Positions 1 to 12,920 are shown, counted from the first letter of the stretch. The stretch: 64,000 bases of DNA from Eledone cirrhosa (GCA_964016885.1 OZ024762.1:22134001-22198000), one strand, 5' to 3'. The notes: a model not told the origin generated them from the letters alone. A program made the numbers and translations.

Positions 1-3000
1 TTTCACAGCTCTAGCATCACTCCTTCATAGGCTGACCAAGATATTCTCATGGAATGACCAAATGAGGTTTATTTTTCAACATGCAATATTGCACAGCTCT
101 AGCATCACTCCTTCATAGCCTGACCAAGATACGCTCATGGAATGACCAAATGAGGTTTATTTTTCAACATGCAAGATTTCACAGCTCTAGCATCACTCCT
201 TCATAGGCTGACCAAGATACTCTCATGGAATGACCAAATGAGGTTTATTTTTCAACATGCAAGATTGCACAGCTCTAGCATCACTCCTTCATAGGCTGAC
301 CAAGATACTCTCATGGAATGACCAATTGAGATTTATTTTTCAACATGCAAGATTGCACAGCTCTAGCATCACTCCTTCATAGGCTGACCAAGGTACTCTC
401 ATGGAATGACCAAATGAGGTATATTTTTCAACATGCAAGATTGCACAGCTCTAGCATCACTCCTTCATAGGCTGACCAATATACTCTCATGGAATGACCA
501 AATGAGGTTTATTTTTCAACATGCAAGATTGCACAGCTCTAGCATCACTCCTTCTCAGGCTGACCAAGATAATCTCATGGAATGACCAAATGGGGTATAT
601 TTTTCAACATGCAAGATTGCACAGCTCTAGCATCACTCCTTCATAGGCTGACCAAGATACTCTCATGGAATGACCAAATGAGGTTTATTTTTCAACATGC
701 AATATTGCACAGCTCTAGCATCACTCCTTCATAGGCTGACCAAGATACTCTCATGGAATGACCAAATGAGGTTTATTTTTCAACATGCAAGATTTCACAG
801 CTCTAGCATCACTCCTTCATAGGCTGACCAAGATACTCTCATGGAATGACCAAATGAGGTTTATTTTTCAACATGCAAGATTGCACAGCTCTAGCATCAC
901 TCCTTCATAGGCTGACCAAGATACTCTCATGGAATGACCAATTGAGGTTTATTTTTCAACATGCAAGATTGCACAGCTCTAGCATCACTCCTTCATAGGC
1001 TGACCAAGATACTCTCATGGAATGACCAAATGAGGTATATTTTTCAACATGCAAGATTGCACAGCTCTAGCATCACTCCTTCATAGGCTGACCAATATAA
1101 TCTCATGGAATGACCAAATGAGATTTATTTTTCAACATGCAAGATTGCACAGCCCTAGCATCACTCCTTCATAGGCTGACCAAGATACTGTCATGGAATG
1201 AACAAATGAGGTTTATTTTTCCACATGCAAGATTACACAGCTCTAGCATCACTCCTTCATAGGCTGACCAAGATACTCTCATGGAATGACCAAATGAGGT
1301 TTATTTTTCAACATGCAAGATTGCACAGCTCTAGCATCTATCCTTCATAGGCTGACCAAGATACTCTGATGGAATGACCAATTGAGGTTTATTTTTCAAC
1401 ATGCAAGATTGCACAGCTCTAGCATCACTCCTTCATAGGCTGACCAAGATACTCTCATGGAATGACCAAATGAGGTATATTTTTCAACTTGCAAGATTGC
1501 ACAGCTCTAGCATCACTCCTTCATAGGCTGAACAATATACTCTCATGGAATGACCAAATGAGGTTTATTTTTCAACATGCAAGATTTCACAGCTCTAGCA
1601 TCACTCCTTCATAGGCTGACCAAGATATTCTCATGGAATGACCAAATGAGGTTTATTTTTCAACAGGCAATATTGCACAGCTCTAGCATCACTCCTTCAT
1701 AGCCTGACCAAGATACGCTCATGGAATGACCAAATGAGGTTTATTTTTCAACATGCAAGATTTCACAGCTCTAGCATCACTCCTTCATAGGCTGACCAAG
1801 ATACTCTCATGGAATGAGGTTTATTTTTCAACATGCAATATTGCACAGCTCTAGCATCACTCCTTCATAGGCTGACCAAGATACTCTCATGGAATGACCA
1901 AATGAGGTTTATTTTTCAACATGCAAGATTTCACAGCTCTAGCATCACTCCTTCATAGGCTGACCAAGATACTCTCATGGAATGACCAAATGAGGTTTAA
2001 TTTTCAACATGCAAGATTGCACAGCTCTAGCATCACTCCTTCATAGGCTGACCAAGATACTCTCATGGAATGACCAATTGAGGTTTATTTTTCAACATGC
2101 AAGATTCACAGCTCTAGCATCACTCCTTCATAGGCTGACCAAGATACTCTCATGGAATGACCAAATGAGGTATATTTTTCAACATGCAAGATTGCACAGC
2201 TCTAGCATCACTCCTTCATAGGCTGACCAATATAATCTCATGGAATGACCAAATGAGATTTATTTTTCAACATGCAAGATTGCACAGCCCTAGCATCACT
2301 CCTTCATAGGCTGACCAAGATACTGTCATGGAATGAACAAATGAGGTTTATTTTTCCACATGCAAGATTACACAGCTCTAGCATCACTCCTTCAAAGGCT
2401 GACCAAGATACTCTCATGGAATGACCAAATGAGGTTTATTTTTCAACATGCAAGATTGCACAGCTCTAGCATCACTCCTTCATAGGCTGACCAAGATACT
2501 CTCATGGAATGACCAATTGAGATTTATTTTTCAACATGCAAGATTGCACAGCTCTAGCATCACTCCTTCATAGGCTGACCAAGATACTCTCATGGAATGA
2601 CCAAATGAGGTATATTTTTCAACATGCAAGATTGCACAGCTCTAGCATCACTCCTTCATAGGCTGACCAATATACTCTCATGGAATGACCAAATGAGGTT
2701 TATTTTTCAACATGCAAGATTGCACAGCTCTAGCATCACTCCTTCATAGGCTGACCAAGATAATCTCATGGAATGACCAAATGAGGTATATTTTTCAACA
2801 TGCAAGATTGCACAGCTCTAGCATCACTCCTTCATAGGCTGACCAATATACTCTCATGGAATGACCAAATGAGGTTTGTTTTTCAACATGCAAGATTTCA
2901 CAGCTCTAGCATCACTCCTTCATAGGCTGACCAAGATACTCTCATGGAATGACCAAATGAGGTTTTTTTTTCAACATGCAATATTGCACAGCTCTAGCAT

Positions 3001-3768
3001 CACTCCTTCATAGGCTGACCAAGATACTCTCATGGAATGACCAAATGAGGTTTATTTTTCAACATGCAAGATTTCACAGCTCTAGCATCACTCCTTCATA
3101 GGCTGACCAAGATACTCTCATGGAATGACCAAATGAGGTTTATTTTTCAACATGCAAGATTGCACAGTTCTAGCATCACTCCTTCATAGGCTGACCAAGA
3201 TACTCTCATGGAATGACCAATTGAGGTTTATTTTTCAACATTCAATATTGCACAGCTCTAGCATCACTCCTTCATAGGCTGACCAAGATACTCTCATGGA
3301 ATGACCAAATGAGGTATATTTTTCAACATGCAAGATTTCACAGCTCTAGCATCACTCCTTCATAGGCTGACCAATATAATCTCATGGAATGACCAAATGA
3401 GTTTTATTTTTCAACATGCAAGATTGCACAGCTCTAGCATCACTCCTTCATAGGCTGACCAAGATACTGTCATGGAATGAACAAATGAGGTTTATTTTTC
3501 AACATGCAAGATTACACAGCTCTAGCATCACTCCTTCATAGGCTGACCAAGATACTCTCATGGAATGACCAAATGAGGTTAATATTTCACATGCAAGATT
3601 GCACAGCTCTAGCATTACTCCTTCATAGGCTGACCAAGATACTCTCATGGAATGACCAAATGAGGTTTATTTTTCAACATGCAAGATTTCACAGCTCTAA
3701 CATCACTCCTTCATAGGTTTATTTTTCAACATGCAAGATTGCACAGCCCTAGCATCACTCTTTCATAG

Positions 3769-3799
3769 TGAGCCTATGAACTTTTAAGCCTACCTTATA
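3769..3799 (-). mobile_element. Mariner-like TIR plus TA (left end of hub 1; the same motif is at the left end of all 11 hubs)
   Basis: TGAGCCTATGAACTTTTAAGCCTACCTTATA. Its reverse complement TATAAGGTAGGCTTAAAAGTTCATAGGCTCA aligns by eye, ungapped, to the recalled Himar1 end TAACAGGTTGGCTGATAAGTCCCCGGTCTGA at about 20/31 positions. Confidence 0.7.
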
Positions 3800-4272
3800 T
3801 GCAAATTATTAAGAAATTCGAAATAATTTTTGCACCCATTTTTGCGATTAAGTAAAGACGGAGTTATCGTTCTTGAGATTTCGGCTCGTGGAAATTTAAG
3901 GAACTGATGTCGCTAAATCGCCAAATCATTTACCTGCCCTGTTGCCTCATGGGAGGGTAATGGCTGCCTTTTATTTTTTAAACGATGGCAGATTCTTTAG
4001 TTTCTTTCGCAGAATCTTGTTCCTTGTTTCATATAAGTAAATAATTAAAACATTTTGGCGAGAAGGATATTGAAAAGTCTGCTGTTGTTTTAAAAAAATA
4101 AAAGGCAGCCATTACCCTCCCATGGTGCAACGGGGCAGGTAAATGATTTGGCGATTTAGCGACATCAGTTCCTCAAATTTCTCCGATCCGAAATCTCAAG
4201 AACGATAACTCCGTCTTTACTTAATCGCAAAAATGGGTGCAAAAATTATTTCGAATTTCTTAATAATTTGCA

Positions 4273-4303
4273 TATAAGGTAGGCTTAAAAGTTCATAGGC
4301 TCA
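4273..4303 (+). mobile_element. Mariner-like TIR plus TA (right end of hub 1; the same motif is at the right end of all 11 hubs)
   Basis: TATAAGGTAGGCTTAAAAGTTCATAGGCTCA is the exact reverse complement of 3769-3799 and runs directly into satellite sequence (CTATGAA...). Confidence 0.7.
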
Positions 4304-7300
4304 CTATGAAAGAGTGATGCTAGGGCTGTGCAATCTTGCATGTTGAAAAATAAACCTATGAAGGAGTGATGTTAGAGCTGTGAAATCTTGCATGTTGAAA
4401 AATAAACCTCATTTGGTCATTCCATGAGAGTATCTTGGTCAGCCTATGAAGGAGTAATGCTAGAGCTGTGCAATCTTGCATGTGAAATATTAACCTCATT
4501 TGGTCATTCCATGAGAGTATCTTGGTCAGCCTATGAAGGAGTGATGCTAGAGCTGTGTAATCTTGCATGTTGAAAAATAAACCTCATTTGTTCATTCCAT
4601 GACAGTATCTTGGTCAGCCTATGAAGGAGTGATGCTAGAGCTGTGCAATCTTGCATGTTGAAAAATAAACCTATGAAGGAGTGATGTTAGAGCTGTGCAA
4701 TCTTGCGTGTTGAAAAATAAACCTCATTTGGTCATTCCATGAGAGTATCTTGGTCAGCCTATGAAGGAGTAATGCTAGAGCTGTGCAATCTTGCATGTGA
4801 AATATTAACCTCATTTGGTCATTCCATGAGAGTATCTTGGTCAGCCTATGAAGGAGTGATGCTAGAGCTGTGTAATCTTGCATGTTGAAAAATAAACCTC
4901 ATTTGTTCATTCCATGACAGTATCTTGGTCAGCCTATGAAGGAGTGATGCTAGAGCTGTGCAATCTTGCATGTTGAAAAATAAACCTATGAAGGAGTGAT
5001 GTTAGAGCTGTGCAATCTTGCGTGTTGAAAAATAAACCTCATTTGGTCATTCCATGAGAGTATCTTGGTCAGCCTATGAAGGAGTAATGCTAGAGCTGTG
5101 AAATCTTGCATGTGAAATATTAACCTCATTTGGTCATTCCATGAGAGTATCTTAGTCAGCCTATGAAGGAGTGATGCTAGAGCTGTGCAATCTTGCATGT
5201 TGAAAAATAAACCTCATTTGGTCATTCCATGAGAGTATATTGGTCAGCCTATGAAGGAGTGATGCTAGAGCTGTGCAATCTTGCATGTTGAAAAATATAC
5301 CTCATTTGGTCATTCCATGAGAATATCTTGGTCAGCCTATGAAGGAGTGATGCTAGAGCTGTGCAATCTTGCATGTTGAAAAATAAACCTCAATTGGTCA
5401 TTCCATGAGAGTATCTTGGTCAGCCTATGAAGGAGTGATGCTAGAGCTGTGCAATCTTGCATGTTGAAAAATAAACCTCAGTTGGTCATTCCATGAGAGT
5501 ATCTTGGTCAGCCTATGAAGGAGTGATGCTAGAGCTGTGAAATCTTGCATGTTGAAAAATAAACCTCATTTGGTCATTCCATGAGAGTATCTTGGTCAGC
5601 CTATGAAGGAGTGATGCTAGAGCTGTGTAATCTTGCATGTTGAAAAATAAACCTCATTTGTTCATTCCATGACAGTATCTTGGTCAGCCTATGAAGGAGT
5701 GATGCTAGAGCTGTGCAATCTTGCATGTTGAAAAATAAACCTATGAAGGAGTGATGTTAGAGCTGTGCAATCTTGCGTGTTGAAAAATAAACCTCATTTG
5801 GTCATTCCATGAGAGTATCTTGGTCAGCCTATGAAGGAGTAATGCTAGAGCTGTGAAATCTTGCATGTGAAATATTAACCTCATTTGGTCATTCCATGAG
5901 AGTATCTTAGTCAGCCTATGAAGGAGTGATGCTAGAGCTGTGCAATCTTGCATGTTGAAAAATAAACCTCATTTGGTCATTCCATGAGAGTATATTGGTC
6001 AGCCTATGAAGGAGTGATGCTAGAGCTGTGCAATCTTGCATGTTGAAAAATATACCTCATTTGGTCATTCCATGAGAGTATCTTGGTCAGCCTATGAAGG
6101 AGTGATGCTAGAGCTGTGCAATCTTGCATGTTGAAAAATAAACCTCAATTGGTCATTCCATGAGAGTATCTTGGTCAGCCTATGAAGGAGTGATGCTAGA
6201 GCTGTGCAATCTTGCATGTTGAAAAATAAACCTCAGTTGGTCATTCCATGAGAGTATCTTGGTCAGCCTATGAAGGAGTGATGCTAGAGCTGTGAAATCT
6301 TGCATGTTGAAAAATAAACCTCATTTGGTCATTCCATGAGAGTATCTTGGTCAGCCTATGAAGGAGTGATGCTAGAGCTGTGCAATCTTGCATGTTGAAA
6401 AATAAACCTCATTTGGTCATTCCATGAGAGTATATTGGTCAGCCTATGAAGGAGTGATGCTAGAGCTGTGCAATCTTGCATGTTGAAAAATATGCCTCAT
6501 TTGGTCATTCCATGAGATTATCTTGGTCAGCCTATGAAGGAGTGATGCTAGAGCTGTGCAATCTTGCATGTTGAAAAATAAACCTCATTTGGTCATTCCA
6601 TGAGAGTATCTTGGTCAGCCTATGAAGGAGTGATGCTAGAGCTGTGCAATCTTGCATGTTGAAAAATAACCCTCATTTGGTCATTCCATGAAAGTATCTA
6701 TCTAAGCCTATGAAGGAGTGATGCTAGAGCTGTGAAATCTTGCATGTTGCAAAATAAACCTCATTTGATCATTCCATGAGACTATCTTGGTCAGCTTATG
6801 AATGAGTGATGCTAGGGCTGTGCAATCTTGCATGTTGAAAAATAAACCTCATTTGGTCATTCCATGAGAGTATCTTGGTCAGCCTATGAAGGAGTGATGC
6901 TAGAGCTGTGAAATCTTGCATGTTGAAAAATAAACCTCATTTGGTCATTCCATAAGAGTATCTTGGTCAGCCTATGAAGGAGTGATGCTAGAGGTGTGCA
7001 ATCTTGCATGTTGAAAAATAAACCTCATTTGGTCATTCCATGAGAGTATCTTGTTCAGCCTATGAAGGAGTGAAGTTAGAGCTGTGCAATCTTGCATGTT
7101 GAAAAATAAACCTCATTTGGTCATTCCATGAGAGTATCTTGGTCAGCCTATGAAGGAGTGATGCTAGAGCTGTGAAATCTTGCATGTTGAAAAATAAACC
7201 TCATTTGGTCATTCCATGAGAGTATCTTGGTCAGCCTATGAAGGAGTGATGGTAGAACTGTGCAATCTTGCATGTTGAAAAATAAACCTCATTTGGTCAT

Positions 7301-7515
7301 TCCATGAGAGTATCCTGGTCAGCCCATGAAGGATTGATGATAGAGCTGTGAAATCTTGCATGTTGAAAAATAAACCGCATTTGGTCATTCCATGAGAGTA
7401 TGTTGGTCAGCCTATGAAGGAGTGATGCTAGAGCTGTGCAATCTTGCATGTTGCAAAATAAACCTCATTTGTCATTCCATGAGAGTATCTTGGTCAGCCT
7501 ATGAAGGAGTGATGC

Positions 7516-7573
7516 TATATATATATATAATTATATATACATGTATATATATATATACATGTATATATATATA
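7516..7573. repeat. 58-bp TA linker 1, reverse-to-forward switch
   Basis: (TA)7-AT-(TA)4-CATG-(TA)7-CATG-(TA)6 lies between ...GAGTGATGC and CTCTCATGG... Confidence 0.95.
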
Positions 7574-10500
7574 CTCTCATGGAATGACCAAATGAGTTTT
7601 ATTTTTCCACATGCAAGATTGCACAGCTCTAGCATCACTCCTTCATAGGCTGACCAAGATACTCTCATGGAATGACCAAATGAGGTTTATTTTTCCACAT
7701 GCAAGATTGCACAGCTCTAGCATCACTCCTTCATAGGCTGACCAAGATACTCTCATGGAATGACCAAATGAGGTTTATTTTTCAACATGCAAGATTGCAC
7801 AGCTCTAGCATCACTCCTTCATAGGCTGAGCAAGATACTCTCATGGAATGACCAAATGAGGTTGTTTTTTTTCAGCATGCAAGATTGCACAGCGCTAGCA
7901 TCACTCCTACATAGGCTGACCAAGATACTCTCATGGAATGACCAAATGAGTTTATTTTTCAACATGCAATATTGCACAGCTCTAGCATCACTCCTTCATA
8001 GGCTGACCAAGATACCCTCATGGAATGACCAAATGAGGTTTATTTTTCAACATGCAAGATTGCACAGCTCTAGCATCACTCCTTCATAGGCTGACCAAGA
8101 TACTCTGATGGAATGACCAATTGAGGTTTATTTTTCAACATGCAAGATTGCACAGCTCTAGCATCACTCCTTCATAGGCTGACCAAGATACTCTCATGGA
8201 ATGACCAAATGAGGTATATTTTTCAACTTGCAAGATTGCACAGCTCTAGCATCACTCCTTCATAGGCTGAACAATATACTCTCATGGAATGACCAAATGA
8301 GGTTTATTTTTCAACATGCAAGATTTCACAGCTCTAGCATCACTCCTTCATAGGCTGACCAAGATATTCTCATGGAATGACCAAATGAGGTTTATTTTTC
8401 AACATGCAATATTGCACAGCTCTAGCATCACTCCTTCATAGCCTGACCAAGATACGCTCATGGAATGACCAAATGAGGTTTATTTTTCAACATGCAAGAT
8501 TTCACAGCTCTAGCATCACTCCTTCATAGGCTGACCAAGATACTCTCATGGAATGACCAAATGAGGTTTATTTTTCAACATGCAAGATTTCACAGCTCTA
8601 GCATCACTCCTTCATAGGCTGACCAAGATACTCTCATGGAATGTCCAAATGAGGTTTTTTTTTCAACATGCAATATTGCACAGCTCTAGCATCACTCCTT
8701 CATAGGCTGACCAAGATACTCTCATGGAATGACCAAATGAGGTTTATTTTTCAACATGCAAGATTTCACAGCTCTAGCATCACTCCTTCATAGGCTGACC
8801 AAGATACTCTCATGGAATGACCAAATGAGGTTTATTTTTCAACATGCAATATTGCACAGCTCTAGCATCACTCCTTCATAGGCTGACCAAGATACTCTCA
8901 TGGAATGACCAATTGAGGTTTATTTTTCAACATGCAAGATTGCACAGCTCTAGCATCACTCCTTCATAGGCTGACCAAGATACTCTCATGGAATGACCAA
9001 ATGAGGTTTATTTTTCAACATGCAAGATTGCACAGCTCTAGCATCACTCCTTCATAGGCTGACCAAGATACTCTCATGGAATGACCAATTGAGGTTTATT
9101 TTACAACATGCAAGATTGCACAGTTCTAGCATCATTCCTTCATAAGCTGACCAAGATACTCTCATGGAATGACCAAATGGGGTTATTTTTCAACATGCAA
9201 GATTGCACAGCTCTAGCATCACTCCTTCATAGGCTGACCAAGATACTCTCATGTAATGACCAAATGAGGTTTATTTTTCGACATGCAAGATTGCACATCT
9301 CTAGCATCACTCCTTCATAGGCTGACCAAGATACTCTCATGGAATGACCAAATGAGGTTTATTTTTCAACATGCAAGATTTCACAGCTCTAGCATCACTC
9401 CTTCATAGGCTGACCAAGATACTCTCATGGAATGACCAAATGAGGTTTATTTTTCAACATGCAAGATTGCACAGCTCTAGCATCACTCCTTCATAGGCTG
9501 ACCAAGATACTCTCATGGAATGACCAAATGAGGTATATTTTTCGACATGCAAGATTGCACATCTCTAGCATCACTCCTTCATAGGCTGACCAAGATACTC
9601 TCATGGAATGACCAAATGAGGTTTATTTTTCAACATGCAAGATTGCACAGCCTTAGCGTCACTCCTTCATAAGCTGACCAAGATATTCTCATGGAATGAT
9701 CAAATGAGGTTTATTTTTCAACATGCAATATTGCACAGCTCTAGCATCACTCCTTCATAGGCTGAGCAAGATACTCTCATGGAATGACCAAATGAGGTTG
9801 TTTTTTTTCAGCATGCAAGATTGCACAGCGCTAGCATCACTCCTACATAGGCTGACCAAGATACTCTCATGGAATGACCAAATGAGTTTATTTTTCAACA
9901 TGCAATATTGCACAGCTCTAGCATCACTCCTTCATAGGCTGACCAAGATACCCTCATGGAATGACCAAATGAGGTTTATTTTTCAACATGCAAGATTGCA
10001 CAGCTCTAGCATCACTCCTTCATAGGCTGACCAAGATACTCTGATGGAATGACCAATTGAGGTTTATTTTTCAACATGCAAGATTGCACAGCTCTAGCAT
10101 CACTCCTTCATAGGCTGACCAAGATACTCTCATGGAATGACCAAATGAGGTATATTTTTCAACTTGCAAGATTGCACAGCTCTAGCATCACTCCTTCATA
10201 GGCTGAACAATATACTCTCATGGAATGACCAAATGAGGTTTATTTTTCAACATGCAAGATTTCACAGCTCTAGCATCACTCCTTCATAGGCTGACCAAGA
10301 TATTCTCATGGAATGACCAAATGAGGTTTATTTTTCAACATGCAATATTGCACAGCTCTAGCATCACTCCTTCATAGCCTGACCAAGATACGCTCATGGA
10401 ATGACCAAATGAGGTTTATTTTTCAACATGCAAGATTTCACAGCTCTAGCATCACTCCTTCATAGGCTGACCAAGATACTCTCATGGAATGACCAAATGA

Positions 10501-12363
10501 GGTTTATTTTTCAACATGCAAGATTGCACAGCTCTAGCATCACTCCTTCATAGGCTGACCAAGATACTCTCATGGAATGACCAATTGAGATTTATTTTTC
10601 AACATGCAAGATTGCACAGCTCTAGCATCACTCCTTCATAGGCTGACCAAGATACTCTCATGGAATGACCAAATGGGTATATTTTTCAACATGCAAGATT
10701 GCACAGCTCTAGCATCACTCCTTCATAGGCTGACCAATATACTCTCATGGAATGACCAAATGAGGTTTATTTTTCAACATGCAAGATTGCACAGCTCTAG
10801 CATCACTCCTTCACAGGCTGACCAAGATAATCTCATGGAATGACCAAATGAGGTATATTTTTCAACATGCAAGATTGCACAGCTCTAGCATCACTCCTTC
10901 ATAGGCTGACCAATATACTCTCATGGAATGACCAAATGAGGTTTATTTTTCAACATGCAAGATTTCACAGCTCTAGCATCACTCCTTCATAGGCTGACCA
11001 AGATACTCTCATGGAATGACCAAATGAGGTTTATTTTTCAACATGCAATATTGCACAGCCCTAGCATCACTCGTTCATAGGCTGACCAAGATACTCTCAT
11101 GGAATGACCAAATGAGGTTTATTTTTCAACATGCAAGATTTCACAGCTCTAGCATCACTCCTTCATAGGCTGACCAAGATACTCTCATGGAATGACCAAA
11201 TGAGGTTTATTTTTCAACATGCAAGATTGCACAGCTCTAGCATCACTCCTTCATAGGCTGACCAAGATACTCTCATGGAATGACCAATTGAGGTTTATTT
11301 TTCAACATGCAAGATTGCACAGCTCTAGCATCACTCCTTCATAGGCTGACCAAGATACTCTCATGGAATGACCAAATGAGGTATATTTTTCAACATGCAA
11401 GATTGCACAGCTCTAGCATCACTCCTTCATAGGCTGACCAATATAATCTCATGGAATGACCAAATGAGATTTATTTTTCAACATGCAAGATTGCACAGCT
11501 CTAGCATCACTCCTTCATAGGCTGACCAAGATACTGTCATGGAATGAACAAATGAGGTTTATTTTTCAACATGCAAGATTGCACAGCTCTAGCATCACTC
11601 CTTCATAGGCTGACCAAGATACTCTCATGGAATGACCAAATGAGGTTTATTTTTCAACATGCAAGATTGCACAGTTCTAGCATCACTCCTTCATAGGCTG
11701 ACCAAGATACTCTCATGGAATGACCAAATGAGGTATATTTTTCAACATGCAAGATTGCACAGCTCTAGCATCACTCCTTCATAGGCTGACCAAGATACTC
11801 TCATGGAATGACCAAATGAGGTTTATTTTTCAACATGCAAGATTGCACAGCTCTAGCATCACTCCTTCATAGGCTGACCAAGATACTCTCATGGAATGAC
11901 CAAATGAGGTATATTTTTCAACATGCAAGATTTCACAGCTCTAGCATCACTCCTTCATAGGCTGACCAATATAATCTCATGGAATGACCAAATGAGTTTT
12001 ATTTTTCAACATGCAAGATTGCACAGCTCTAGCATCACTCCTTCATAGGCTGACCAAGATACTGTCATGGAATGAACAAATGAGGTTTATTTTTCAACAT
12101 GCAAGATTACACAGCTCTAGCATCACTCCTTCATAGGCTGACCAAGATACTCTCATGGAATGACCAAATGAGGTTAATATTTCACATGCAAGATTGCACA
12201 GCTCTAGCATTACTCCTTCATAGGCTGACCAAGATACTCTCATGGAATGACCAAATGAGGTTTATTTTTCAACATGCAAGATTTCACAGCTCTAACATCA
12301 CTCCTTCATAGGTTTATTTTTCAACATGCAAGATTGCACAGCCCTAGCATCACTCTTTCATAG

Positions 12364-12920
12364 TGAGCCTATGAACTTTTAAGCCTACCTTATTTGCAAA
12401 TTATTAAGAAATTCGAAATAATTTTTGCACCCATTTTTGCGATTAAGTAAAGACGGAGTTATCGTTCTTGAGATTTCGGCTCGTGGAAATTTAAGGAACT
12501 GATGTCGCTAAATCGCCAAATCATTTACCTGCCCCGTTGCCTCATGGGAGGGTAATGGCTGCCTTTTATTTTTTAAACGATGGCAGATTCTTTAGTTTCT
12601 TTCGCAGAATCTTGTTCCTTGTTTCATATAAGTAAATAATTAAAACATTTTGGCGAGAAGGATATTGAAAAGTCTGCTGTTGTTTTAAAAAAATAAAAGG
12701 CAGCCATTACCCTCCCATGGTGCAACGGGGCAGGTAAATGATTTGGCGATTTAGCGACATCAGTTCCTCAAATTTCTCCGAGCCGAAATCTCAAGAACGA
12801 TAACTCCGTCTTTACTTAATCGCAAAAATGGGTGCAAAAATTATTTCGAATTTCTTAGTAATTGTTTGTACATACTTACATTGTTTGCATATAAGGTAGG
12901 CTTAAAAGTTCATAGGCTCA
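12364..12920. repeat. Palindromic hub 2 (557 bp)
   Basis: Same as hub 1 plus the 22-bp TTGTTTGTACATACTTACATTG in the right arm. Confidence 0.95.

Larger units (their letters stand above)
3769..4303. repeat. Palindromic hub 1 (535 bp), forward-to-reverse switch
   Basis: About 210-bp near-perfect inverted arms surround a degenerate self-complementary centre. It lacks the 22-bp right-arm insert seen in the other hubs. Confidence 0.95.
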
